A stretch of DNA of 64,000 nucleotides, taken from NCBI GenBank assembly GCA_963822135.1, contig CAWGGI010000010.1, forward strand, positions 129,674-193,673, in the 5' to 3' direction. A program made the translations under genes and the position numbers. How positions within the stretch are numbered: position 1 is the first letter of the stretch; each line of letters opens with the position of its first letter. Shown in pieces: positions 20,726 through 29,935 of this stretch. Source of the stretch: an uncultured Actinomycetota bacterium (lineage in GTDB: Bacteria; Actinomycetota; Thermoleophilia; RBG-16-64-13). The notes under the pieces were generated by a model that saw only the letters and a list, made by a program, of their open reading frames with translations, did not search any database and was not told the origin of the DNA.

Positions 20726-20750
20726 TGCCGAGATGGTAGCATGCCTTGAT

Positions 20751-21455
20751 ATGAATAATGAGCGCCTACTCACCCCACACGTAGCCCGGGTGCAGTCGGG
20801 AGACATGCAGGTGTTCCTCATAGTGCTCCCTGAGGGCATCACGGTGATCGACGCCGGGTTTCCCGGAGTGATGGCGCTCATCACGGAGGCGCTCACAGAG
20901 CTTGGGCGCCGCCCCGAAGACGTCCACGACGTGCTGGTGACCCACTGCCATCCGGACCATGCCGGCGGCCTCGCCGAGATCAAGCGGGCGACAGGAGCCG
21001 AGGTCTGGATGCATCCAGCCGACGCGGAGATGGTGAGGGCGGGGAAGGCTTTCCGGCCCTGGAAGCCCGCCCCGGGTCTGCGGAATCGCTGGTTTGCCAA
21101 CCGGGTGGTCAAGAAGGGCCCGAGCGAGTTCGAGCCCGCCGAAGTGGACCATGAGGTCCAGCACGGTCAGGTGATCCCGGCGGCGGGGGGTATCAAGGCG
21201 CTCGCCTCTCCGGGACACACCGCCGGACACCTGGTGTTCCTATGGCCTGGTGACGGCGGAGTCCTCTTCGTGGGTGACGCCGCCAACAATGTGAGGGGCC
21301 TGGCGACGCCCCCTATCTTCGAGGATCGGTCGCTCGGCTTGGACAGCCTGCGCCAGCTTGCCTACGAGGAGTTCGACATCGCCTGTTTTGCCCACGGCGA
21401 GCCCATCGTTGGCGGTGCCTCCTCCATGTTCATGGACAAGTGGGGCGGCCTGTAG
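20751..21455 (+). CDS. MBL-fold metallo-hydrolase
   Basis: Start taken at MNNERL. HxHxDH motif is [10 protein letters not shown], with a later SPGHTAGH. Confidence 0.8.
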   Translation: MNNERLLTPHVARVQSGDMQVFLIVLPEGITVIDAGFPGVMALITEALTELGRRPEDVHDVLVTHCHPDHAGGLAEIKRATGAEVWMHPADAEMVRAGKAFRPWKPAPGLRNRWFANRVVKKGPSEFEPAEVDHEVQHGQVIPAAGGIKALASPGHTAGHLVFLWPGDGGVLFVGDAANNVRGLATPPIFEDRSLGLDSLRQLAYEEFDIACFAHGEPIVGGASSMFMDKWGGL

Positions 21456-21502
21456 CAGACCGCGGCTGTGGCGGACGCCTTCACTGCAACGGCGGGGTGC
21501 GT

Positions 21503-23176
21503 ATGCGTAGCGACGAACTGAGGACGGGCCCCGCAAGGGCGCCACATCGTGCGCTCCTTCGAGCTCTGGGGATCGCGAGGAGCGACCAAGAACGTCCTCT
21601 CATCGGGATCGCCAACTCCTTCAACGAGCTCATCCCCGGGCACATGCACCTGCGCTCCATCGCCGAGCAGGTCAAGTACGGTGTCTACCAGGCCGGAGGC
21701 ATCCCGCTCGAGTTCGGTGTCATCGGTGTCTGCGACGGGCTGGCGATGAACCACGAGGGCATGAACTACTCGCTGGTGAGCCGGGAAGTGATCGCGGATT
21801 CTGTGGAGATCATGGCCCGGGCCCATGCCCTCGACGGCCTCGTGCTCATCCCCAACTGCGACAAGGTGGTGCCGGGCATGGTGATGGCCGCGGCTCGCCT
21901 GGACCTTCCGGTGGCCGTCGTATCCGGAGGGCCCATGCTTGCCGGATCCCATCAAGGACGGAGGATCGAGAACAAGGACGTTCTCGAGGCGGTGGGGGCG
22001 TATTTCCGAGGACGTCTGAGCGCCGCCGACCTCGCCGAGCTCGAGGAGGCGGCCTGTCCCACATGCGGCTCCTGCGCGGGGCTGTTCACGGCCAACTCCA
22101 TGAGCTGTCTCACCGAGTGCCTGGGCCTCGCGCTGCCCGGAGACGGCACGATACCCGCGGTGTACTCGGCGCGGCTCGTCCTGGCCCGGGAGACGGGCTC
22201 CCGCGCGGTGGGGCTCGTGCATGCCGGCCGCAGTGCGCGCGACTTTCTCACGCCCCGCGCTCTTCACAACGCCTTGGTGCTCGACGCAGCGCTGGGATGC
22301 TCCACCAACACCGTTCTGCACCTCGTGGCCATCGCCCACGAGGCGGGCTTCGAGATCCCACTCGAGAGGTTCAACGAGGTGTCGGCACAGACCCCTCATC
22401 TGGTTAAGCTGTCGCCGGGAGGCTCCTGGTACATGGAGGACTTCCATCGCGCGGGTGGTGTCATGGCCGTGCTTCACCGGCTGGCGGAGGCAGGTCTTAT
22501 CGATGGCTCGGCGCCGACGATCTCCGGCGCGACCCTGGAAGAGCAGTTCGGCTCAGTCCGGGTGGCCGACGACGAAGTCATCCGTCCGCTCGACCGCCCC
22601 CACAGCCCCACCGGTGGTCTGGCGATCCTGTTCGGCAACCTGGCTCCATCGGGAGCCGTGGTCAAGGAGGCAGCCGTCCTGCCGCAGATGCTTCGCCATC
22701 GCGGCCCGGCCCAGGTGTTCGACGACGAGGCCTCCGCGGTAGAGGCTATCGCCTCCGACCGCGTCGCGCCCGGCGGTGTCGTCGTCATCCGCTACGTGGG
22801 ACCCAAAGGCGGTCCGGGGATGCCGGAGATGCTCACCCCCACGTCCACTCTGGCCGGTGTGGGTCTGGACGACCGGGTCGCGCTGGTGACGGACGGCCGC
22901 TTCAGCGGCGTCACCCGCGGCGCGTGCGTGGGCCACGTCGTGCCCGAGGCTGCCGACGGGGGCCCCATCGCCCTGGTTCGCGACGGCGACATCGTCGACA
23001 TCGACATCCCTGGACGGTCGCTCTCCCTGGTGGTGTCGGGGGAAGAGTTGGAGCGCCGCCGGGCGGCCTGGCGTGGTCCCCAGGGACGCTCCTCGAGTGG
23101 GCTGTCCGCTCACGGGGTGCTCGACCGCTACGTTAAGATGGTTTCGGGGGCGGACAAGGGAGCCGTGGTCGGCTAG
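21503..23176 (+). CDS. ilvD: dihydroxy-acid dehydratase / IlvD-Edd family dehydratase
   Basis: Intact 557 aa. [69 protein letters not shown]. The context (GntR, MBL, SDRs, sugar ABC) suggests a possible sugar-acid dehydratase role. Confidence 0.85.
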   Translation: MRSDELRTGPARAPHRALLRALGIARSDQERPLIGIANSFNELIPGHMHLRSIAEQVKYGVYQAGGIPLEFGVIGVCDGLAMNHEGMNYSLVSREVIADSVEIMARAHALDGLVLIPNCDKVVPGMVMAAARLDLPVAVVSGGPMLAGSHQGRRIENKDVLEAVGAYFRGRLSAADLAELEEAACPTCGSCAGLFTANSMSCLTECLGLALPGDGTIPAVYSARLVLARETGSRAVGLVHAGRSARDFLTPRALHNALVLDAALGCSTNTVLHLVAIAHEAGFEIPLERFNEVSAQTPHLVKLSPGGSWYMEDFHRAGGVMAVLHRLAEAGLIDGSAPTISGATLEEQFGSVRVADDEVIRPLDRPHSPTGGLAILFGNLAPSGAVVKEAAVLPQMLRHRGPAQVFDDEASAVEAIASDRVAPGGVVVIRYVGPKGGPGMPEMLTPTSTLAGVGLDDRVALVTDGRFSGVTRGACVGHVVPEAADGGPIALVRDGDIVDIDIPGRSLSLVVSGEELERRRAAWRGPQGRSSSGLSAHGVLDRYVKMVSGADKGAVVG

Positions 23177-23236
23177 CCGCCCGGACAGCTCGTAGGCCGG
23201 CGCGGGCCGGTGAGGTTCCATCGAAAGGGGGTCGGC

Positions 23237-24053
23237 ATGCAGTTGGAGGGCAAGGTCGCGTTGATCACCGGGGGCGGTACGGGTATCGGCGCCGCCGTGG
23301 CCAAGCGGTTCGTGGAGGAGGGCGCGAAGGTCTGCATCACCGGCCGGCGTCGCGACAAGCTGGAGGAGGTGGCGCAGACCCTGCCTGCCGGCACCGTCAC
23401 CATCGCCCCGGGGGACTGCTGTGCCGACGACGGCCCCCCGATGATGGTGGAGACCGCGCTCGGTATCACCGGCCGGCTCGACATCCTCGTCAACAACGCC
23501 GCCATCGAGATGAACAAGAACGTCGTCGACATGGAGCCTGCGACCTGGCGTCACACGCTCGAGAACAACCTCACCGGGCCCTTCCTCATGATGAAGGCGG
23601 CCCTTCCGGCGATGATCGGGGCGGGCGGCGGATCCATCATCAACGTCTCGTCTCTGGCCGGGGTCCGGGCCGTTCCCGGCGGCCCCGCCTACTGCACCAC
23701 CAAGGCTGGGCTGATCCATCTGAGCAAGCAGGTGGCCCTCGATTACGGCAAGCACAACGTGCGCTGCAACGTGATCTGCCCCGGGCCCGCGCGCACCGCC
23801 CTGCTCGAGATGAACGTGCACCCGCTCACCGAGGTGCTGCACACCGACCTCGATGGCGTGTTCGACAAGATGTCGGCCTTCGTACCCGCTGCGCCGCATA
23901 GCCAAGCCGGAGGACATGACGGGCCTGTTCGTCTTCTTGGCAAGTGACGACTCGGACTTCATGACCGGGTCGACGCTGGTCATGGACGGCGGCATCCACA
24001 TCGTGGACGCCTTCGCTGCGGGTGTCGGCACTCTCGGAGGAGAGTGGGGCTAG
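23237..24053 (+). CDS. SDR family oxidoreductase (1 frame change near 23885)
   Basis: GKVALITGGGTGIGAA, NNAAI, YCTTKAG (YxxxK), then in the +1 frame PLRRIAKPEDMTGLFVFLASDDSDFMTGSTLVMDGG. Confidence 0.8.
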
Positions 24054-24138
24054 GACCGGCAGCGGACCGGCGCAGCGTCGCGGACCGGCGCGGCGTCGCG
24101 GAGCCTGGCGGCGTCGCGGAGCCTGGCGGCGAGACCGG
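24054..24138. repeat. degenerate 18-bp tandem repeat (about 4.5 copies) between convergent SDR genes
   Basis: GACCGGCGCAGCGTCGCG / GACCGGCGCGGCGTCGCG / GAGCCTGGCGGCGTCGCG / GAGCCTGGCGGCGA.. lying between stop codons at 24053 and 24145. Confidence 0.8.
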
Positions 24139-24144
24139 GGCCGC

Positions 24145-24955
24145 TCAACCCCACATGTTCATACCGCAGTTGACCGGGATGGTCTGACCCGTGATGGCGG
24201 CGGCATCGTCGGAGGCGAGGAAGACCGCCACGCGCCCCACTTCGTGCTCCTCAGCGGGGCGCCCGAGCGAGTACATCTTCATCTCGGCGGCAAGTGCCTC
24301 TTCATAGGTGATCCCCGCAGCCTGCGCCCTGCCGCCGATCATCCCCACGAAGCGCTCTCCCCGGACCGCCGCCGGGGTGATGCAGTTGACCCGGATTCTA
24401 TGGGGGCCGCACTCGCGGGCCAGGGTCTCGGTGAGGCCGATCAGGCCCATCTTCGCGCAGCAGTAGGGGGCGCGCATGGGGTAGCCCGAGCGGCCGTCAC
24501 CGGAACGGCCGCCCTCCGACCCGATGATGATGATGGTCCCTCCTCGGCCGGCCGGGCACCATGCGCCTGAGCACCTCGCGGGACGCCAGCATGCTGCCGG
24601 TCAGATCCACGGCGATGACCTCGTTCCACTCGTCGAGGGTGAGGTCCCACAGGTGTTTCGTCGGTCCGCCGATGCCGGAGTTGTTCACGAGCACGTCGAT
24701 ATGACCGAAGGCATCGACGACCCTCGCCACGCCATCGATGACATCCTGCTCGTGCCGCAGGTCCATGGGGACCGCCAGAGCCTCGACGCCGAGGGCCCGC
24801 GCCTCCGCGACCGCCGCCTCCAGGTTCTCGAGATTGCGGCCGGCTACGCAGACTGTCGCGCCTTCCTCCGCAAAGCACCTCGCGATCGCCCGACCGATGC
24901 CGGAGCCGCCGCCTGTTATGAGAACCGTCCTACCTTTCAACCTTCCACCTGACAT
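24145..24955 (-). CDS. SDR family oxidoreductase (1 frame change near 24500)
   Basis: GRTVLITGGGSGIGRA, NNSGIGG, then YCCAKMG (YxxxK), VNCITPAAV, ITGQTIPVNCG. Confidence 0.8.
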
Positions 24956-25087
24956 AGAGGTCTGCTCCTCCTCGTCGCGTTGACTCCCGGCGGACGCGCC
25001 CGAGAGCACCGGTCCCAGTCTAGTCCGACGTACAGCAGCGTACTATGCCCGTGTGCGCTCAGCAATGCTTAACGATGATGTAAATTA

Positions 25088-25116
25088 TTGACAACGTCAC
25101 GGTTTGTCGCTAGGCT
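25088..25116 (+). promoter_or_regulatory. sigma-70/SigA-like promoter of the corrinoid operon
   Basis: TTGACA (25088-25093), 17 nt spacer, TAGGCT (25111-25116), in an AT-rich island about 95 nt upstream of ATG 25210. Confidence 0.5.
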
Positions 25117-25209
25117 AGGTCGCACCCACCACCCAGCCGCCGGCAAGAACCGGGCGGGCGGAATCACTGTGGGCAGAAATGGTCGATCATCAAGAGGAGC
25201 AGGAAGCCG

Positions 25210-25845
25210 ATGAACGAGACCTCACCCCTCGCCCAGGCCGTGGGCGACCTCGAAGAAGACAAAGCCGTGGTCTTGGTCCAAGACAAGCTCGCCAAAGGAG
25301 AGCCGGCCCTTTCAATCCTGGAAGAACTGCAGGCCGGCATGGCGATCGTGGGCGAGAGGTTCGAGGAGGGCGAGTACTACCTCTCCGAGCTCATCTACGC
25401 CGCCGACATCTTCAAGAAGGCGGGAGCTCCGCTTCAGCAAGAACTGGCTCAGGCCGCCCAGACCAGCTGTGGCACCCTGGTCCTGGGTACGGTCAAGAAC
25501 GATATCCACGACTTCGGCAAGGACATCGTGGCTACCATCATGAGCTCCAATGGCCTCAGGGTCATCGACCTGGGGGTGAACGTGGAGCCGCAGGCCTTCG
25601 TCGATGCCATCAAGGAATCGGGCGCCACGCTCGTGGGCATGAGCTGTCTGCTCACCACCGTCTTCGATGACATGAAGCAGGCCATCCAGGCCATCAAAGA
25701 CGCCGGTCTCCGCGACAAGGTGACCATCCTCATCGGGGGCGGTCCCGTGGACCAGGCTACCGCCGACTTCGTGGGCGCCGACTACTACTGCAAGACTGCT
25801 CAAGACGGAGTGGCCGCCGCCAAGAAGGTACTGGGGGTGAGCTAG
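25210..25845 (+). CDS. cobalamin-binding corrinoid protein (MtaC/MtbC/OdmA-like)
   Basis: Intact 211 aa. N-terminal B12-binding-2 helical cap, then the Rossmann domain with the DxHxxG..SxL..GG signature (NDIHDFGKD ... GMSCLLTT ... ILIGGGPV). Confidence 0.85.
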   Translation: MNETSPLAQAVGDLEEDKAVVLVQDKLAKGEPALSILEELQAGMAIVGERFEEGEYYLSELIYAADIFKKAGAPLQQELAQAAQTSCGTLVLGTVKNDIHDFGKDIVATIMSSNGLRVIDLGVNVEPQAFVDAIKESGATLVGMSCLLTTVFDDMKQAIQAIKDAGLRDKVTILIGGGPVDQATADFVGADYYCKTAQDGVAAAKKVLGVS

Positions 25846-27012
25846 ATGTCTGAAATGCAGCACGATAGTGCACCGGCCGCCGCTCCGGGCAACGGAGCGC
25901 CCGGCTTCGCCCCGCCCCCGCTCTTCTTGGAGCGGATGACCCGGCTCCAGACCGCGATCGCCTGCGGCACTCCCGACCGGGTGCCCCTCTCCCTGGTGAT
26001 GGACCTCTTCGCCGCCAACACCATGGGCGTGAGCTATACGGACTTCGTCGCCGATGTCGACACCGCCGGACGCACCATGCTCGGCGCCATGGAGAAGCTG
26101 GGGGACGTCGATTCCATCCAGTTCCCCACCTACGCTCCCGATGTGCTCGGCATGCTGTGGCTCGCGCCCATGAAGCTCCCCGGCCGCGACCTGCCCGAGC
26201 ACGCGCAGTGGCAGATGGACGAGCAGGTGCGCATCCAGCGCGAGGACTACGACCGCATCCTCGAGATGGGCTGGACCCCCTGGCTGGGGCAGTACATCGG
26301 GAAGTACCTGGGCGCCGCCGCCGCCGCCGGCCAGGCGCTGGCCGAGGCCGGTCCTCGGTGGACCATTGAGTACATGAAGCGAGGCTATGTCGTCTTCTCG
26401 CCCTTGACAGTCGACCACCCCTTCGAGCACCTGGCGGGAGGGCGCACGGTCAAGGAGTTCACCCTCGACCTCTTCCAGATCCCCGACAAGATCGAGGCTG
26501 TTCTCGAAGTGATCATGGCCGAGAAGCGGGAGCAGTCTCGCCAGTTCGTGCGGGCCGTCGGGCAACCTGTCGGTTATTGGGTGGGAAGCTGGCGGACGGC
26601 TCCGGAGTTTCTCTCCCCGCGCCTGTGGGACCGTTTCGTGTGGCCGTATATGAAGGAGCTCGTGGAGATCGTGGCCGAAGAAGGCGGCACTCCCGTGCTC
26701 CATTACGACGCCAATTGGGACAGGGAGATCGAACGGCTGAGGGAGTTGCCCGCGCGCAGGTGCGTGCTCGAGCTCGACGGCAAGACCGACATCTTCCGGG
26801 CGAAGAAGATCCTGGCCGGCCATATGTGCCTGCTGGGCGACGTGCCCCCGGCGCTTCTCACCCTGGGCACCGCAGATGAGGTCAAGGCCTACTGCCACCG
26901 GCTGCTTACGGACGTCGGCCCCGACGGCTACATCATGGCCATGGGCTGCGCCATCCCACCCGACGCCAAGTTCGAAAACGTCAAGGCGATGGTCGACTCG
27001 GTCAAGGGGTGA
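25846..27012 (+). CDS. URO-D/MtaA-CmuA family methyltransferase (paralogue A)
   Basis: Intact 388 aa. The start abuts the corrinoid protein stop. The C-terminal half aligns with 35899-37005 (HYDANWD..LELDGKTDI..GDVPPALLTLGTADEV..GCAIPPDAKFENV). Confidence 0.7.
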   Translation: MSEMQHDSAPAAAPGNGAPGFAPPPLFLERMTRLQTAIACGTPDRVPLSLVMDLFAANTMGVSYTDFVADVDTAGRTMLGAMEKLGDVDSIQFPTYAPDVLGMLWLAPMKLPGRDLPEHAQWQMDEQVRIQREDYDRILEMGWTPWLGQYIGKYLGAAAAAGQALAEAGPRWTIEYMKRGYVVFSPLTVDHPFEHLAGGRTVKEFTLDLFQIPDKIEAVLEVIMAEKREQSRQFVRAVGQPVGYWVGSWRTAPEFLSPRLWDRFVWPYMKELVEIVAEEGGTPVLHYDANWDREIERLRELPARRCVLELDGKTDIFRAKKILAGHMCLLGDVPPALLTLGTADEVKAYCHRLLTDVGPDGYIMAMGCAIPPDAKFENVKAMVDSVKG

Positions 27013-27023
27013 CAGGCGGCGGC

Positions 27024-27947
27024 ATGCAGCCTTATACGATCTCAGAGGTGGAGCGCGCGACCGGTGTCGGCCGCGACACGATCTATTTCTACATTCGTGA
27101 AGGGCTGCTGCCCCCGGCTCAGAAGGCCAGCGCCACCCGGTCCATCTACTACCGGTCGCACGTAGAGCTGCTGCGGGAGATCGTCCGGCTGAAGGAGGAG
27201 GGTGTCAGCCTCAAAGCGATTCGAGCCCGTCTGCGTGATCGCATCGAGGCCGCAGCGGATGCCGGGGTCGATCTGGTGGCCAAGCAGAGCGAGGACGCGC
27301 GCAACGCAATCCTGCAGGCAGCCGCGCGCCGTTTCGCCCAACGAGGGTACGAGCGGACCCGGATAGCGGATCTGTGCGAGGAGGTCGGCATCACCGCCCA
27401 AGTGCTCTACAGTCACTTTCCCAGCAAGCGGCATCTTTTCATCAACTGCTACGAGGTCTACTTCGCCTGGATGTACGCGCGTGTTCAGCCGGCCATCGAC
27501 GATACCGACGATCTCAACGCCCGTCTTGCTTGGCGCAGCTGGGCATCGTATGGCATCCAGGCGTTCAGTCCAGATCTCCAGGCGATGGCGCGAGCAGAGG
27601 CGATCCATCCCGAGAGCGACCTGCGTCCGCTGGTACGAGAGCTCTACGGCAAGATCCTGGAGAGCACGGTACAGGAACTCAGTGCGGAGCGGCGCCCAGG
27701 AGCCAATCCCGGGCTCTTCGAAGACGAACTCGTGGCTTATGCATTCGAGGGCGCGTTGGGGAACATGCAGATGCGGGCGTCGTGGGACGAGAGGTACAGC
27801 AGACGCGACGTCATGCGTACACTCCTCTCCATGTACATGGCCGTGCGTGCTGCCTATGACGGCCGGGTCGACCTGAGTGACGAGTGGCGGGTTGTCTCCG
27901 GAGTGGTCGACACACTGGCTGCCAGCAGCCCGACGCGAGCGACGTGA
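27024..27947 (+). CDS. MerR-TetR fusion transcriptional regulator
   Basis: Residues about 4-70 form a MerR HTH (YTISEVERATGVGRDTIYFYIREGLL..Y..HVELLREIVRLKEEGVSL). Residues about 95-140 form a TetR HTH (ARNAILQAAARRFAQRGYERTRIADLCEEVGITAQVLYSHFPSKRHLF), followed by a TetR-like C-terminal domain. Confidence 0.75.
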   Translation: MQPYTISEVERATGVGRDTIYFYIREGLLPPAQKASATRSIYYRSHVELLREIVRLKEEGVSLKAIRARLRDRIEAAADAGVDLVAKQSEDARNAILQAAARRFAQRGYERTRIADLCEEVGITAQVLYSHFPSKRHLFINCYEVYFAWMYARVQPAIDDTDDLNARLAWRSWASYGIQAFSPDLQAMARAEAIHPESDLRPLVRELYGKILESTVQELSAERRPGANPGLFEDELVAYAFEGALGNMQMRASWDERYSRRDVMRTLLSMYMAVRAAYDGRVDLSDEWRVVSGVVDTLAASSPTRAT

Positions 27948-28040
27948 CGCCCGACGTGCTGATTGCAGGGGCCGGTCTTTCTATACGCGTGGCTATCGTG
28001 ATTCCCAAGTCGGCGAAACCAAATAGATGGGAGTGACAGA

Positions 28041-29045
28041 GTGAAAGTTCTTGGCATCTCGTGCGGCCGGCGCATGAGCAACACCGAGATCATGGTCAAA
28101 GAGGCCCTGATGGGGGCCGAGGAAGCGGGTGCCGAGGTCCAGTTCCTGCGCCTGCAGGACTACTACATCAAGCCCTGCACCGGGTGCAACTCCTGTGTGG
28201 TCGATCTTATGGAGAAGCACGGCGGCGGCGCCTGCGTGCTCCGCAACGACGACTTCCCTTTCATCGACGACCTGATCATGGACTGCGACGCCCTCATCCT
28301 GGGCTCGCCCATCTACGAGAAATCCCCGAGTGGCCAGCTGAAATCGCTGCAGGACCGCATGGGCCCCAGCCACGACGTCGGCTTCCGCATGATCGCCCAG
28401 AAGATGCGCGAGGAGAAAGGCATCACCACCGGCACGGGTCCCGACCCGCGGGCGTTCAAGCCCCGCACCGCTTCGCTGATCGCCGTCGGCGGGAGCGAGT
28501 GGGATACCCTGGCGCTACCCACCATGGGCATGTTCGCTCTCACGCACCAGATGACCGTCGTCGACCAGATCCTCATCAACTGGATCGGGCTGCCCAAAGT
28601 CGTCACCTTCCACGAGGACAAGCTGGCGCGGGCGCACCGCTCCGGCAAGCACGTGGTGGAGAGCTATTTTAAGGGCGTGGAGAACGCGGAGTACATCGGT
28701 GAGGAAGGTCTCTGCCCGATGTGCCACTGCAAGCTCATCGAGATCCGCAACGGCCACGATCCCTATCCGGCTGTCTGTGGTATGTGCGGCGTGCGCGGCA
28801 CGTTGACCACCGACGCCGACGGCAAAGTCTTCTTCGACGTCAAGGAAGAGGACAGAGTCCACTCGCACCTGCTGCTCTCGGGCAAGTTCGAGCATCTGCA
28901 GGAGCTGGCGGACGTGTCCCTCAAGCCGCCGGCGAACTACCACGAGGTCAACGACCGGGCTAAGAAGTACCGCGAGTATCTGACTCCGATCAAGCCTCCG
29001 GCGCGCGACAAGGGCGAGAAGCCGGAACAGGGCGAAGAGGTCTAG
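28041..29045 (+). CDS. iron-sulfur flavoprotein (Isf)-like, flavodoxin-fold, with C-terminal 4-Cys ribbon domain (paralogue 1)
   Basis: Intact 334 aa. GISCGRRMSNTE, Cys cluster CTGCNSC..(12)..C, then the flavodoxin-like LILGSPIYEKSPSG. The C-terminal pair is CPMCHC...CGMCG. Confidence 0.6.
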   Translation: MKVLGISCGRRMSNTEIMVKEALMGAEEAGAEVQFLRLQDYYIKPCTGCNSCVVDLMEKHGGGACVLRNDDFPFIDDLIMDCDALILGSPIYEKSPSGQLKSLQDRMGPSHDVGFRMIAQKMREEKGITTGTGPDPRAFKPRTASLIAVGGSEWDTLALPTMGMFALTHQMTVVDQILINWIGLPKVVTFHEDKLARAHRSGKHVVESYFKGVENAEYIGEEGLCPMCHCKLIEIRNGHDPYPAVCGMCGVRGTLTTDADGKVFFDVKEEDRVHSHLLLSGKFEHLQELADVSLKPPANYHEVNDRAKKYREYLTPIKPPARDKGEKPEQGEEV

Positions 29046-29047
29046 CC

Positions 29048-29881
29048 ATGGCGTACTTCCCGGAATTCCGCCCCATGCGGAGCTTCATCCTGCAGAACTT
29101 CCGCTCCGACAACGATCGCCCGGCCATCTGGCGTTGGCTCTACAAGCAGCACGTGCCGGAGAGCATCTCTCAGTTCATGCCCTACTGCACCAAGTACTGC
29201 ACATACCACGCCCTGCCGCTACCCGAGGGCGCCAAGGACTTCGGTACCTACAACGGGATGATGACCGAGCACTACTGGCTCTTCAACATCTTCCAGGACA
29301 AAGGCACCGGCATGCCCCGCGGCCTGGCCTTTGGCGAGGAGTTCCCGGAAGACTTCATGGAGCGCACGAGCCAGCCGCCCAGCAAGGAACTGCGGCAGTC
29401 CGGTTGGCAGGGAAGCCGCGACGGTTACCATCCCATAGTCTTCTCGTTCGCACCCATCTTCTGGGAGGACGACTTCAAGGGGGAGGGCCGGCTCACCGAC
29501 GCCGGGCCCAACTACCGCTGGCTCTTCTTACTGAAATACCCGGACGGCGTCTCCGTCGATGAGGGCGACGCCTGGTTCAAGGAAGTGTTCGCGCCCGAGA
29601 TCTGCGCCAACCCCGAGGTGAACCGCATGATCTCCAGCCGCCAGCTGGACGACCCGCGGATCAACCCCTTCCAGCGCATCGTCGAGGTCTGGTTCGACGA
29701 CTCGGAGGGGTGGCGCCGCGCGATGGTGAAGAAGGCGGACACGTACACCAAGCCGGCGTGGGCGACCTGGGACCGGGCGCCCTTCTTCGAGCCCTACAAG
29801 GACTTCGTGGGGATCTTCATCCTCGACCGGCCCGACTCCGACCACCTGCAGCAATGGCGGGGGTATATCACGACGAGGTAG
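29048..29881 (+). CDS. hypothetical protein, possibly tandem EthD-like (dimeric alpha/beta-barrel) domains
   Basis: Intact 277 aa, 2 nt after the Isf-like gene. The second half (LKYPDGVSVDEGDAWFKEVFAPEI...RIVEVWFDDSEGWRRAM) resembles EthD-type domains. Recognised by eye only. Confidence 0.35.
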   Translation: MAYFPEFRPMRSFILQNFRSDNDRPAIWRWLYKQHVPESISQFMPYCTKYCTYHALPLPEGAKDFGTYNGMMTEHYWLFNIFQDKGTGMPRGLAFGEEFPEDFMERTSQPPSKELRQSGWQGSRDGYHPIVFSFAPIFWEDDFKGEGRLTDAGPNYRWLFLLKYPDGVSVDEGDAWFKEVFAPEICANPEVNRMISSRQLDDPRINPFQRIVEVWFDDSEGWRRAMVKKADTYTKPAWATWDRAPFFEPYKDFVGIFILDRPDSDHLQQWRGYITTR

Positions 29882-29935
29882 GCACGGGCCGCCGGTGGGC
29901 GTCTTGGCGATGAGGCACGCGCGGGGTCGAAGACA

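Noticed and set aside
25117-25209. Possible cobalamin riboswitch in the leader of the corrinoid-protein operon (contains ..AATCACTGTGGGCAG.., reminiscent of a B12 box).
   Set aside because: Only about 93 nt lie between the putative -10 element and the ATG, which is far shorter than a cobalamin riboswitch. I found no proper GCCACTG B12-box and none of the conserved flanking helices. Needs a covariance-model scan (Rfam RF00174) to be certain.
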